Assembly: GCA_903864935.1 (NCBI GenBank)
Contig: CAIPHT010000006.1
Span: 37,129 to 101,128 of the forward strand
Length of the DNA stretch: 64,000 bases
DNA from: Candidatus Vogelbacteria bacterium
Lineage (GTDB): Bacteria > Patescibacteriota > Minisyncoccia > Phycocordibacterales > XYD1-FULL-46-19
Direction of reading: 5' to 3'
In this document: positions 14,651-24,511 of the stretch, piece by piece
How the letters are laid out: every line of letters starts with the position of its first letter
Position numbering within the stretch: the stretch's first letter is position 1
Notes under the pieces: generated by a model
What the model saw: the letters and a program-made list of their open reading frames with translations, nothing else
The model's database searches: none
Told to the model about the DNA's origin: nothing
Translations under genes and position numbers: made by a program

Positions 14651-16480
14651 ATGACATCTGAAGAAATCCGGCAAAAGTTCTTAGACTTTTTCGAACAAAG
14701 GGGGCACAAGATAGTGCCTTCGGCTTCGCTTATCCCTAGTACTTACGGCGACGAGGGGACTCTCTTCACCACGGCGGGGATGCAACCCATGATTCCTTAC
14801 TTACTAGGCAAAGCCCACCCCGAAGGTGTAAGAATTGCCGACGTGCAGAAATGTCTGCGCACAATTGACATCGATGACGTGGGTGACAACAGGCATAATA
14901 CTTTTTTCGAAATGTTGGGTAATTGGTCACTTGGTGATTATTTTAAAGCTGAGTCCATCCCTTGGAGTTTCGATTTTCTCACTAACAAAGAATATGGCTT
15001 GGGTCTCGACCCGGCTAGATTTTACGTTACCGTCTTTAAAGGTCAAGAGGCCACCGCCGAAGGCGGGGCAAGCATCCCGCGCGACGAAGAATCAATCAAA
15101 ATCTGGCAAGAAGTTTTTGCTAAATATAATATTTCTAATGAAGTGGCGGGCGAAGACGGAGTTGTTAAAGAAGGAGTAAGAATAATCCCACTTGGTGTTG
15201 ATGACAACTTCTGGATTGCCGGTAATTCTGGCCCCTGCGGTGGAGATACTGAGATTTTTTATGATGTCTACCCGAACGACAAAGTCGGGCGGGCCAACCC
15301 AGAAGGTAATTTTAATGACCTCGTAGACTCCTTCAGATTAATTGAGGTGTGGAATAACGTCTTCATGGAGTACAACAAGACCACAGAGGGCAAATATGAG
15401 CCTCTAGCGGCCAAAAATGTAGACACCGGCATGGGCTTAGAACGCACAACGGCCGTCGTTAATGGCAAGGACAATATTTTTGAGACAGATCTCTTTGCCC
15501 CTATTCTCAGCGAGATTAAACAACAGGTGGCCAATTTTGATGTTAAAGCTTCACGTATTGTTGCCGACCATGTGCGTACCGCTGTCTTTATGATTGCCGA
15601 CGGGGTGACTCCATCAAACACTGACCGAGGCTATATCTTAAGACGAATTATCCGTCGCGCGGTGCGTTATGCTGACAGTATGCAGGCTGACAATGAGGTC
15701 TTAAGCAAAGTGGCCTATATTGTGATTGAAAAATATAAAAAAGTTTATCCCGAACTTGAGCAAAACCGTGAGCAAATTTTTACTGAGCTAAATAAAGAGG
15801 AAGAAAAATTTAGAAAGACACTCGAGCAAGGCCTTAAAGAATTCGAGCGAGGTCAGGACCCCTTCGATCTCTACCAAACTTTTGGCTTCCCGATTGAATT
15901 AACCGAGGAATTGGCTCAAGAAAGAGGGATAACAATAGACAGAAAGAAGTTTGATGAGCAAATGATTGAGCATCAAGCTATTTCTAAGGCTGGCTCTGAG
16001 CAGAAGTTCAAAGGCGGGCTTGCCGAGCACTCCGAGCAGACGATTAAATATCATACCGCTACCCACCTCTTACACTCCGCCTTGCGACAAGTCTTGGGGA
16101 AAGAAGTTGGACAGAAGGGGAGCAACATCACCGACGAGCGTCTGCGCTTCGACTTCGCTTGGCCAAATAAATTGACCGATGCACAAAAGATTGAGGTAGA
16201 AAAAATTGTGAACGATAGCATCTCCGCCAATTTGCCCGTCTGTCGCATTGAGCTCTCTAAAGAAGAGGCCGAGAAAACCGGCGCCCTGCACTTCTTCGGT
16301 GAGAAATATGGCGACACTGTCTCGGTTTATTATATTGGTGATGGTATCGACGATGCCGTATCTAAAGAATTCTGCGGTGGCCCTCATGTCAAGAATACCG
16401 GCGCCCTCGGCCACTTCAAAATCACTAAGGAAGAGGCCTCCTCGGCCGGAGTCAGACGCATTAAAGCCATTTTGGAATAA
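14651..16480 (+). CDS. alaS: Alanyl-tRNA synthetase, compact 609-aa form that lacks the C-terminal C-Ala domain.
   Basis: Class-II AlaRS N-terminal motifs (FLDFFEQRGH, GNWSLGDYFK), the editing-domain zinc site HTATHLLH, and CGGPHV. Confidence 0.85.
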   Translation: MTSEEIRQKFLDFFEQRGHKIVPSASLIPSTYGDEGTLFTTAGMQPMIPYLLGKAHPEGVRIADVQKCLRTIDIDDVGDNRHNTFFEMLGNWSLGDYFKAESIPWSFDFLTNKEYGLGLDPARFYVTVFKGQEATAEGGASIPRDEESIKIWQEVFAKYNISNEVAGEDGVVKEGVRIIPLGVDDNFWIAGNSGPCGGDTEIFYDVYPNDKVGRANPEGNFNDLVDSFRLIEVWNNVFMEYNKTTEGKYEPLAAKNVDTGMGLERTTAVVNGKDNIFETDLFAPILSEIKQQVANFDVKASRIVADHVRTAVFMIADGVTPSNTDRGYILRRIIRRAVRYADSMQADNEVLSKVAYIVIEKYKKVYPELEQNREQIFTELNKEEEKFRKTLEQGLKEFERGQDPFDLYQTFGFPIELTEELAQERGITIDRKKFDEQMIEHQAISKAGSEQKFKGGLAEHSEQTIKYHTATHLLHSALRQVLGKEVGQKGSNITDERLRFDFAWPNKLTDAQKIEVEKIVNDSISANLPVCRIELSKEEAEKTGALHFFGEKYGDTVSVYYIGDGIDDAVSKEFCGGPHVKNTGALGHFKITKEEASSAGVRRIKAILE

Positions 16481-16484
16481 TAAA

Positions 16485-17009
16485 ATGAAAGAATCTTGGG
16501 AAGGAGAATTTCAACATTTTATCAGAAACGAAGACGAAGCTGATTTGCTTTGGTTTACAGTAGAAATGGTAATAAAAGAAGCTGGCAAAAAAGAATTACT
16601 GGCTAACCCAAAAATATTAGATATTGGCGGAAGACAAGGAGAATTTTCTAAATTTTTAAATAGTAAAGGAATAAAAGCTGTTAGTATTGATTTACTAAAA
16701 GTCGACCATAACCAAGGAGCAGAACAGGTCCAGGCCAATATTCATAAATTACCTTTTCAAAACGAGAGTTTTAATATTATTGTTGCTAATAGCGTCTTTG
16801 ATGATTTGCTTTATAAATTTAATTATTCAACCGTAATCAAAGAGATTGCTAGGGTTTTGGAACCCAATGGTATTTTTATTATGCTAGCTAGTGCTATTAA
16901 TAGCCACAAAGTCCCAGAATTAAGCGAGTATTTTTCTAGAATTGACACTCCTTTTACAAAAAATTTGGCTTTTAGCGAAGAAGAAGCAATCCTCTGGCAG
17001 AAAAAATAA
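16485..17009 (+). CDS. Class I SAM-dependent methyltransferase.
   Basis: Motif I ILDIGGRQGEFS and post-I/II acidic residues. The start is moved to the ATG at 16485, after the alaS stop; the ORF-track start at 16248 overlaps alaS. AT-rich region. Confidence 0.55.
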   Translation: MKESWEGEFQHFIRNEDEADLLWFTVEMVIKEAGKKELLANPKILDIGGRQGEFSKFLNSKGIKAVSIDLLKVDHNQGAEQVQANIHKLPFQNESFNIIVANSVFDDLLYKFNYSTVIKEIARVLEPNGIFIMLASAINSHKVPELSEYFSRIDTPFTKNLAFSEEEAILWQKK

Positions 17010-17018
17010 ATTTTATAA

Positions 17019-17519
17019 ATGATGGAAAAAATAGAAGAACAAAAAGTTGGCCCTAAAGAGGGGAAAGAAAACGTTTTGGAAGGATTTAAGATTGGGGTTT
17101 TTGGAATAATCAGGGACGAACAAAATCGAGTTCTACTTTGTCTACGAACAGATTACGACATGTGGAATTTGCCCGGTGGCGGTTTAGAAAAAGGAGAATC
17201 ACCCTGGGACGGGACAATTCGCGAAGTCAAAGAGGAAACTGGTTTTGATGTTGAAATTGTCAGACTGGCTGGGGTTTACAGCAAACCAGATAAAAATGAA
17301 GTAATTTTTAACTTTGAGTGTCAAATTACTGGAGGAGAAGCAACGTTAAACGACGAAGCAAGAGATATCAAATGGTTTGCTTTTGATGAAATCCCTCATA
17401 ATACTTCACCCAAGCATATTGAAAGAATCAAGGACTTGCTCGAAAATAAACCTGAAACAATAATGAAAGTTCAGAGTGGCAAATCTTCAATCGAATTGAT
17501 AAAAGAAGGAAAGCTATAA
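17019..17519 (+). CDS. NUDIX hydrolase.
   Basis: Nudix box GGGLEKGESPWDGTIREVKEETGF, consistent with the Nudix-box consensus (G-x5-E-x5-7-REVKEETG; spacer is 5 here). Confidence 0.75.
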   Translation: MMEKIEEQKVGPKEGKENVLEGFKIGVFGIIRDEQNRVLLCLRTDYDMWNLPGGGLEKGESPWDGTIREVKEETGFDVEIVRLAGVYSKPDKNEVIFNFECQITGGEATLNDEARDIKWFAFDEIPHNTSPKHIERIKDLLENKPETIMKVQSGKSSIELIKEGKL

Positions 17520-17560
17520 TAAAATGCCCCCGATTGAAGAATTACAACAATAAATAATCT

Positions 17561-17926
17561 ATGGAAAATCCAACTCAAAAGCTTAACGCAGAGGGAAAAG
17601 AGACATTAAAGCAAGAATATTTAGCTGATTTTATTGATTTTCGCAACAATTATCTCGACGACTTGCCAAGAGAAATTGTGGAGCAAGATGATCCCAATTT
17701 AGAGAGATATAAGTGTCGAGGAAATTTCTGGTTTGGACTTTCAAGTCGAATCATCGATCTGATAACTGAGGGAATTATTACTAGCCCTGAAGCGATAGAA
17801 AAATACCAAGAATTTTATGCTTATCAAAAAAGCCTGAAGTGGGACGGAGAAAATTTTAGGACTCAAGCTGACATCGACTATATTAATGAAATCTTAGATT
17901 TTTTTATAAAAGAATTGAGTAGCTAA
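17561..17926 (+). CDS. Hypothetical protein.
   Basis: 121-aa ORF in an AT-rich block. No recognisable motif. Confidence 0.35.
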   Translation: MENPTQKLNAEGKETLKQEYLADFIDFRNNYLDDLPREIVEQDDPNLERYKCRGNFWFGLSSRIIDLITEGIITSPEAIEKYQEFYAYQKSLKWDGENFRTQADIDYINEILDFFIKELSS

Positions 17927-17931
17927 ATAAA

Positions 17932-18804
17932 ATGACAAATTTTGATGAATTCAAGAAGCCGTTACCAAAAGATCCCAAGGAAATAAGCGATGGGATTGAC
18001 GGACTTTTGAGGCCAGCCGAATTTTTTGAGCCCAGAGACGAGGAGGATAGAGATGAAATTGATAAAAAAATAAGAGAAATTGGTTCAAAAAAGAAAGAAC
18101 CTTTTAAATTACCGACCCTTGAGGAGGCTGTGGGGATGACACCAGAGCAGGAAGAAGCTTTCCACGAACTGAGACGAGAACAAGGCAAAGAAGAGGCCCC
18201 CAATATTTTTCCTGAGCCATTTGGTGATTTAGAAGGAGATTCTCCGGCCCAAAAGAAATTCAACCGGATAATGAGAGAAAATCGAGAACAAAACACGGCG
18301 ACGAGTAAAAAAGAAGAAACAGGGGAACCTATCGAAGATAAAAGATATTCTCAAACAATAGACCCAAAGAAAGATGTTCAAGATCTTGTCGACCCAGATT
18401 TCTTGGGTGGCAGAATGATTTCTAGTGGCATCATTATTTTTTGGCCAACAATGTCTGAAGAAAATTTTCAGTCCCTAGGCTCAAACGCCCTCTCGGCTTT
18501 TGTTCACCCAATGTCTCATTACCGACAAAATTTTGAAGAAAAGCGGGACGAGTTTTTAAACATTAACGATAAAAAAGAGGTGCTATTATATTACGGAGCC
18601 GATAATTACCAAAAGATGGTTGATTTTCAGAACGGTTACGTTAAACGAATAATGGAGCTAAGCGACCCCAACCAAATAAGAAAATATGATAAGTTGGTGG
18701 ACGAATTCAATGCTGACCGAGAAAGAATTATAAAAGAAAGGGATTATGAAGGTTTACAAAAATATATTGCCAAAGTAAAGGCACTGATTAGGGAGACGAA
18801 ATAA
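17932..18804 (+). CDS. Hypothetical protein.
   Basis: 290-aa ORF with an acidic/Lys-rich N-terminus. AT-rich block. Confidence 0.35.
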   Translation: MTNFDEFKKPLPKDPKEISDGIDGLLRPAEFFEPRDEEDRDEIDKKIREIGSKKKEPFKLPTLEEAVGMTPEQEEAFHELRREQGKEEAPNIFPEPFGDLEGDSPAQKKFNRIMRENREQNTATSKKEETGEPIEDKRYSQTIDPKKDVQDLVDPDFLGGRMISSGIIIFWPTMSEENFQSLGSNALSAFVHPMSHYRQNFEEKRDEFLNINDKKEVLLYYGADNYQKMVDFQNGYVKRIMELSDPNQIRKYDKLVDEFNADRERIIKERDYEGLQKYIAKVKALIRETK

Positions 18805-18857
18805 CTTTTGCACAGGATTTACTTAACACTTAATCTTATTCGGTGTTATAATAATAA

Positions 18858-21320
18858 GTGATGTTCGCCTCTAAGAAAAAAGTGGGGAGTAATGTTATTG
18901 GTGTTATCGATATTGGTAGCGCGCGGGTTAGCGGTGCCTTAATGACTGACTGGCCCAAGATAACAGGGGAGACAAGCGAGAGTGTCAATTGGCAAGAATT
19001 GCCCGATTGGGACAGATTCCAAGCGGGAATTGAGCAATCACTCGAGCGCGTTCTTAAGAAATTAGCCAAGGGCAAACACGCTAAACCAACGGAGTTATTT
19101 GTTTTCCTCTCGGCCCCCTTTTTTATCGGTAGCACCAAGATTGTACGTACCAAAGATAAAGCCCCTTTTGAGATTACTCCACCTTATCTCGCTGGCTTGG
19201 TAAAAAAAGATATTCTAAGCTTTGATCGTGGACAGAAGGGCGATCTCGTTCGACTCGAGAACGAGATTATGCAAATTAAGCTCAACGGCTATTCAGTTAC
19301 CGAACCGCTCGGCCAGATGGCCACCGAGATAGAACTCTCTCACTGGCAAAGCGAGAGTCACATTTCCTTAATTGAGAAATTCAAAGAGATTATTAAGGGA
19401 GAATTTCCCGAAGCACGAATAACTTTCCATTCCTTCGCCTATGCCTCTTACGCCGTTTTTAGCGAATTATTGCCCGAGAAGGATCTGATTATCATCGACA
19501 CCGGCAACGAATTGACCGATGTCATCGTTATTAAAGATGGTTATCTTGCCGAACACTTATCCTTCCCTTTGGGTAAGAATTATCTTATTCGTTCTGTCAC
19601 CAAGTCTCTCCAGACTGTGCCCGTTGACACTGAGGGTATTCTTAATCGTTACGCGAGCAGTAAGACAAACAATCAACTAAAGAATCGTCTCGAACCAGCT
19701 CTCGTTAAGCCCGCCGAAGAATGGTTGGGAAATCTTGGCGAATCTCTAACCCGCGCCCTAAAGACAACAATACTGCCCGAAGATATTTATATTTTTGGTG
19801 ACGAACCAAGCGACAAAGTCTTCGCTGATTTTATAAAAAAGGCCGATTTTTCATCCATTTCTATCGGTCACAAACCTTTTAGAGTCTATTATTCAGAGAA
19901 ACCGCTCGGTCAAGCACTTGAGCACTTGTCAGGCAAAATTTCTCCACCCGTTGGCAATAATTTCCTTTTGGCAGAGGCCCTCTTTTGTGCTATGCTGAAG
20001 GGTAGCAAATTGAATCTTTGGCCATTTAATCAATTAATAACAACTATGCATGATATAACTAAAAACAAAAAAAGTTTGCGTGATATCTTCCCCGAGAACA
20101 AAGTCGGGACGGGGACTATTAATAATTCTATGAATGAAGAGCCTAATTTCAAAACTTCGAGCTACACCCCTCAGAGACCAGTACGGTCTAGCACCGGCTT
20201 GAGCCTAAAGATCAAAATCTTTGCCGGAGTTCTCGTCTTAGCCATCATTATCGCCGGCGGTTTTGCCCTCTCATCACAATTTGCCAAGATTACCGTTAAG
20301 GTTACTCCCAAACAAGGTCGCCTGATGGTCAGCAATACCTATGAGGCCAACAAGTTGGCCGGTGAAGGGCTCAAGTTTTCTCTGGCCTCCAATATTTCGG
20401 TTGAAGATAGTGCCAACGTTCCAGCCAGCGGCGTAGTTGCCGTTAAGAACAAGACTCGAGGCAAAATTGTCATCTCTAATACAAGCAACACTAGTCAGAA
20501 CCTAATCGCTACCACCCGCTTCCAAACTCAAACTGGTTTAATCTATCGGATTGAGAAAAATATCAGCGTACCAGTCGGTCAGTCAGAGGTCACCGTTGTC
20601 GCTGATCAGCCCGGCCCAGATTACAATCTAGCCAGTGCCGATTTTACTATCCCTGGCTTTAAGGGGACGCCCAAATTCACTCAATTCTCCGCCAAGACAA
20701 AGGAGGCTCTCACCGGTGGGGCAATTGGCAATCAACCAAAAGTCTCGGACGAAGATCTTGCCAAGGCAACCGCTGGCCTCAAAGCCAAACTTCTGGCTGC
20801 CGCCGTGGCCAAACTTAAGCCCCAAATTCCCGACGGTTTTATCCTTTTTGACGGAGCAGTTATTGCCAATTTCACCCCAGAGATTAGTAGCGACCCCAGC
20901 AAGCCTGGCGAAGCGATCCTTAAGCTTAAGGCGGATGCCACCGGTATCCTCTTCAACGAGAGAGAGCTGGCAGGATTTCTAGCCAAGCAACAAGTTCCCG
21001 ATTACAAGGACGAACCGGTTGATGTCACCAATTGGTCAAGTTTCAAATTTAGCTTGATAAATAACGATAATTCTGACCTAAGCAGTGTCGACAAAGTCAG
21101 TTTCAAACTTGAGGGGACCGGCCAATTAGTCTGGGCCTTCGACCCCGCAATGCTTAAACAGAAGCTCCAATCTGCCGGAGCAAACAATTATAAGACGGTC
21201 TTCACCCAAGATTTTCCTATGATCCAAGTGGCCAACATTGTCTTCACCCCACCCTGGGTGAGGAGTATCCCAAGTGACCCCAACCGGATCTCGGTCGAGA
21301 CAAGCATTAGCAAGCCTTGA
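18858..21320 (+). CDS. Large membrane-anchored protein with an N-terminal actin-like ATPase domain (FtsA/PilM-like), one TM helix and a long extracytoplasmic C-terminal region.
   Basis: Phosphate-1-like motif IGVIDIGSARVSGAL. TM helix IFAGVLVLAIIIAGGFALS near residue 450. 820 aa. TATAAT lies 4 nt before the ATG. Confidence 0.45.
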   Translation: MMFASKKKVGSNVIGVIDIGSARVSGALMTDWPKITGETSESVNWQELPDWDRFQAGIEQSLERVLKKLAKGKHAKPTELFVFLSAPFFIGSTKIVRTKDKAPFEITPPYLAGLVKKDILSFDRGQKGDLVRLENEIMQIKLNGYSVTEPLGQMATEIELSHWQSESHISLIEKFKEIIKGEFPEARITFHSFAYASYAVFSELLPEKDLIIIDTGNELTDVIVIKDGYLAEHLSFPLGKNYLIRSVTKSLQTVPVDTEGILNRYASSKTNNQLKNRLEPALVKPAEEWLGNLGESLTRALKTTILPEDIYIFGDEPSDKVFADFIKKADFSSISIGHKPFRVYYSEKPLGQALEHLSGKISPPVGNNFLLAEALFCAMLKGSKLNLWPFNQLITTMHDITKNKKSLRDIFPENKVGTGTINNSMNEEPNFKTSSYTPQRPVRSSTGLSLKIKIFAGVLVLAIIIAGGFALSSQFAKITVKVTPKQGRLMVSNTYEANKLAGEGLKFSLASNISVEDSANVPASGVVAVKNKTRGKIVISNTSNTSQNLIATTRFQTQTGLIYRIEKNISVPVGQSEVTVVADQPGPDYNLASADFTIPGFKGTPKFTQFSAKTKEALTGGAIGNQPKVSDEDLAKATAGLKAKLLAAAVAKLKPQIPDGFILFDGAVIANFTPEISSDPSKPGEAILKLKADATGILFNERELAGFLAKQQVPDYKDEPVDVTNWSSFKFSLINNDNSDLSSVDKVSFKLEGTGQLVWAFDPAMLKQKLQSAGANNYKTVFTQDFPMIQVANIVFTPPWVRSIPSDPNRISVETSISKP

Positions 21321-21358
21321 CGATTAGCCTATTAATTTGCTAAGATAAGCAGGTCATT

Positions 21359-21580
21359 TTGAGAATGGATAAAGACGAAAAAAACCAAACGGTTTCCGGT
21401 GTTGTCACCGAGGCTTTGCCCAACACTCAATTCAAAGTGAAGATTGGCCCCGACCAAGAGGTTCTAGCCTATTTGGCCGGCCGTATGCGTCTACATCGGA
21501 TTAGAGTTCTGATTGGCGATAAGGTCGAGCTCGTGCTAGATGACTATGGTGGGAGAGGCCGAATCACCCGACGCTTTTAA
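21359..21580 (+). CDS. infA: Translation initiation factor IF-1.
   Basis: S1-like OB-fold sequence (GVVTEALPNTQFKV...LAYLAGRMRLHRIRVLIGDKVELVLDDY). The start could instead be the second ATG at 21365. Confidence 0.75.
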   Translation: MRMDKDEKNQTVSGVVTEALPNTQFKVKIGPDQEVLAYLAGRMRLHRIRVLIGDKVELVLDDYGGRGRITRRF

Positions 21581-21585
21581 ATAAA

Positions 21586-21702
21586 ATGAAAATTAAGTCG
21601 ACAATCAAAAAGAGATGTGCCCAATGCAAAATGGTTAAACGCCGAAGCCATCTTTATATTATTTGCCCTAATAAGCCTCGCCACAAGCAAAAGCAAGCCT
21701 AA
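21586..21702 (+). CDS. rpmJ: 50S ribosomal protein L36.
   Basis: Manual translation gives MKIKSTIKKRCAQCKMVKRRSHLYIICPNKPRHKQKQA (38 aa, C-x2-C...C...H zinc ribbon). It lies between infA and rpsM and is below the ORF-track size cutoff. Confidence 0.8.
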   Translation: MKIKSTIKKRCAQCKMVKRRSHLYIICPNKPRHKQKQA

Positions 21703-21705
21703 ACT

Positions 21706-22086
21706 ATGCGTATCTCTGGTATTACCATCCCCGATAATAAGCGGTTAGAATATGCCTTGACGGCCATTTATGGTATTGGCTTGGCTCGTTCCCGCAAAAT
21801 TCTAGACGCGGCCAAAGTTTCTCATGCCAAAAAAGGTCCTGAAATTTCCCCTGAAGAAGAGAATCAGATTCGTAAAGCCGTTGAAAGTTTCAAGATTGAA
21901 GGAGATCTTAAACGAGAAGTTTCTGCTAATATCAAACGTTTGAAGGATATCAAGTGCTACCGTGGGACCCGTCACTTGAAGGGTTTGCCAAGTCGAGGTC
22001 AGCGCACCAAAACCAATTCCCGTACCCGTCGAGGCAACGTCAGAAAGACTATGGCCTCCGGTAGGAGAAAAGCTGATAAGAAATAA
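21706..22086 (+). CDS. rpsM: 30S ribosomal protein S13.
   Basis: MRISGITIPDNKRLEYALTAIYGIG... is the S13 consensus. Conserved infA-rpmJ-rpsM-rpsK-rpsD-rpoA-rplQ order. Confidence 0.9.
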   Translation: MRISGITIPDNKRLEYALTAIYGIGLARSRKILDAAKVSHAKKGPEISPEEENQIRKAVESFKIEGDLKREVSANIKRLKDIKCYRGTRHLKGLPSRGQRTKTNSRTRRGNVRKTMASGRRKADKK

Positions 22087-22107
22087 AAAGTAATAAATTA
22101 TTGAGTT

Positions 22108-22533
22108 ATGGGAAAGAAAAGAATAATTAAAAAAGGAGGTCAAGATAGTGGCAAAACCGCTAGTGGCGCTCGTGTACCTAAGAAAAAATTAGATCACGGC
22201 GTTTTGAATATCGAGGCAACTTACAACAACACCAAGGTTTCTCTCGCAGACACCAAAGGCAATCTCTTTGTCTGGTCTTCGAGTGGCTCGCTCGGTTTTT
22301 CTGGTTCCAAGAAAGGCACACCTTTTGCCGCTGGCAAGGTTGGTGATTTAATTGCCGATAAGGGAATTGCCATGGGTCTTAAGGATGTAGACGTGGTTAT
22401 CAAGGGCGTTGGTGCTGGTCGCGAATCAGCCATGCGCGCCTTTGCCGCTAAAGGTATCAACATTTTATCAATTAAAGACCGCACCCCAGTGCCATTTAAT
22501 GGCCCCAAGGCGCCTAAGCCCCGCCGAGTATAA
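22108..22533 (+). CDS. rpsK: 30S ribosomal protein S11.
   Basis: S11 motifs (NIEATYNNTKVSLADTKGN...SSGSLGFSGSKKGTPFAA). Confidence 0.9.
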   Translation: MGKKRIIKKGGQDSGKTASGARVPKKKLDHGVLNIEATYNNTKVSLADTKGNLFVWSSSGSLGFSGSKKGTPFAAGKVGDLIADKGIAMGLKDVDVVIKGVGAGRESAMRAFAAKGINILSIKDRTPVPFNGPKAPKPRRV

Positions 22534-22536
22534 TAT

Positions 22537-23151
22537 ATGAAATTAGGACCAAAATTTAAAATTTGTCGTCGAGTTGGAGACCGTGTTTTCGGTAAGTGCG
22601 AAGGCACCAAGTTTACTGTCTCTGGTACCGAACGTATCCGCCGTGGTGGCAAGCACCCTAAGGGCGCTCCGTCCGAATACGCCTTACAGTTAACCGAGAA
22701 GCAGAAGGCTCGTTTTACCTATGGGATGACCGAGCGACAATTTTCTAATTACGTTAATGAAGCTAAGAAGAAGCAGGGTGGCGACCCCGGAGTTGAGCTC
22801 TACAAGCGTTTGGAGTCTCGTATCGACAATGTTATCTACCGCCTCGGTATCACCAGCTCCCGCCAAGCTTCTCGTCAGCTCGTTTCTCACGGCCACATTA
22901 CCGTTAATGGCAAGAAAATTCGTGTCCCTTCCTACTTAGTTAAGATTGGAGACAAAATTGGCATTCGTGAGGGTAGCAAGAACAAAGGTCCTTTTACTGG
23001 TCTCGCCGAGAAATTAGCTGGCAAGAGTGTCCCCGAATGGCTTAGCTTCGATCTGCAGAAGGGCGAAGTAACCATTAAGGGCGAGCCTGTCTTTGGGCAA
23101 GCTGAAGGAACTATAAACTACGGAGTCATTCTTGAGTTCTATAGTCGTTAA
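22537..23151 (+). CDS. rpsD: 30S ribosomal protein S4.
   Basis: S4 N-terminal domain and S4 RNA-binding domain (SRQLVSHGHITVNGKKIRVPSYLVKIGD). Confidence 0.9.
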   Translation: MKLGPKFKICRRVGDRVFGKCEGTKFTVSGTERIRRGGKHPKGAPSEYALQLTEKQKARFTYGMTERQFSNYVNEAKKKQGGDPGVELYKRLESRIDNVIYRLGITSSRQASRQLVSHGHITVNGKKIRVPSYLVKIGDKIGIREGSKNKGPFTGLAEKLAGKSVPEWLSFDLQKGEVTIKGEPVFGQAEGTINYGVILEFYSR

Positions 23152-23185
23152 AATATAACTTATTATTAATAGCTTTTAAAAAAAT

Positions 23186-24148
23186 ATGCCGGATTTTAAT
23201 ATAATTTTACCTTCCAAGCCTCGTATCGCCAGCGAAAAGGAATTCGTCGGTGTCTATGAGATTGAAGGGCTCTACCCAGGCTACGGCCACACTCTCGGTA
23301 ATTCGCTTCGTCGAATTATTTTGTCGTCCCTTCCCGGTTTTGCGATTACCTCCCTCAAGATTGATGGGGTTAATCATGAGTTCTCAACAATGGCTGGTGT
23401 TAAGGAGGATGTTATCAACATCATTCTTAATCTCAAGCGTGTCCGCTTCCAAGTTATTGGTGACGAGGCTCAGACCGTCAAATTACTGGTTAAGGGTGCC
23501 AAGGATGTCACCGCCAAGGATTTAATTCTCCCTGGTCAGGTTACGGTTATTAATCCTGAGCAACCAATTGCCACTATTACCGACAAGAATGTTACGCTCG
23601 AGGCTGAAGTTGTCTTAGAGAAGGGCCTTGGTTATGTCTCAAGTGATGTACTTAAGAAAGACCGCGTTGAAGTTGGCAATATTGCTCTTGATGCCGCCTT
23701 CACTCCAATCAAGAAAGTTAGTTATGAGGTAGAGAATATGCGTGTTGGCAATCGCACCGATTTCAACAAACTCATTATCCATGTTGAGACTGATGGTACT
23801 ATTACTCCCCGCGAAGCTCTTGAGCAGAGTATCAAAATTATGATCAATCAGCTCAAAGCGATTGTTGATTTCAAAGAGGAAGAGGAGGAAGAGAAAATGC
23901 CTTCACTCAAGGATATTAAGAATGAGGCCAATACCAGCGATGGCGAAGAAGATGCCTTGAAGACGAAGATTGAGGACTTGGGCCTCTCTGTTCGCACCCA
24001 AAAAGCGCTCACCAATGCCAGTGTCCGCACCATCGGTGGTCTCTCTCGCAAGAAGGAGGCTGATGTTAAAGAAATTGAGGGTCTCGGCGATAAAGGTTTA
24101 CAAGAAATCAAAAAAGTGTTAGAAGATTATGGTCTAAGCCTTAAATAA
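23186..24148 (+). CDS. rpoA: DNA-directed RNA polymerase alpha subunit.
   Basis: N-terminal domain motifs (PGYGHTLGNSLRRILLSS) and a C-terminal alphaCTD (LSVRTQKALTNASVRTIGGL). Confidence 0.9.
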   Translation: MPDFNIILPSKPRIASEKEFVGVYEIEGLYPGYGHTLGNSLRRIILSSLPGFAITSLKIDGVNHEFSTMAGVKEDVINIILNLKRVRFQVIGDEAQTVKLLVKGAKDVTAKDLILPGQVTVINPEQPIATITDKNVTLEAEVVLEKGLGYVSSDVLKKDRVEVGNIALDAAFTPIKKVSYEVENMRVGNRTDFNKLIIHVETDGTITPREALEQSIKIMINQLKAIVDFKEEEEEEKMPSLKDIKNEANTSDGEEDALKTKIEDLGLSVRTQKALTNASVRTIGGLSRKKEADVKEIEGLGDKGLQEIKKVLEDYGLSLK

Positions 24149-24153
24149 TTAAT

Positions 24154-24507
24154 ATGCAACACCAAGCCAAAGGCCGAAAATTCAGTCGAGTTAAGAAAGT
24201 CAGAGTCGCTCTCTTGCGCTCTTTGGCAAGCAATTTAATTTTGCGCGAGAAAATGACCACGACTGAACCAAAGGCTAAAGAAATCCGTCCTTACGTTGAG
24301 AAACTCGTTACGAAAGCCAAGAAAGATACTCTGGCCAACCGCCGCTTGGTGATTGAAGAGATCGGTCAAGATAAGAAGGTTCTTGCTAAATTGTTCGGTG
24401 AGTTAGGCCCCCGCTTCAACGAACGACGCGGTGGTTATACCCGCATTATGAAGCTTGGTCGTCGTATTAGTGATGGTAGCCCAATGGCGATAATTGAATT
24501 TGTATAA
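24154..24507 (+). CDS. rplQ: 50S ribosomal protein L17.
   Basis: L17 consensus (LLRSLASNLILREKMTTTEPKAKEIRPYVEKLVT...GGYTRIMKLGRR). Confidence 0.85.
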   Translation: MQHQAKGRKFSRVKKVRVALLRSLASNLILREKMTTTEPKAKEIRPYVEKLVTKAKKDTLANRRLVIEEIGQDKKVLAKLFGELGPRFNERRGGYTRIMKLGRRISDGSPMAIIEFV

Positions 24508-24511
24508 TCAT

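Noticed and set aside
16248-16484. N-terminal 79 codons of the ORF-track call 16248-17009
   Set aside because: They overlap the 3' end of alaS in another frame. The methyltransferase homology starts after the ATG at 16485, just past the alaS stop.
22221-22652. Minus-strand 143-aa ORF and other antisense ORFs within the ribosomal and rpoA cluster (21802-22143, 22690-22896, 23848-24111, 24467-24733)
   Set aside because: They lie antisense to highly conserved ribosomal protein genes and lack RBSs. They are classic shadow ORFs.
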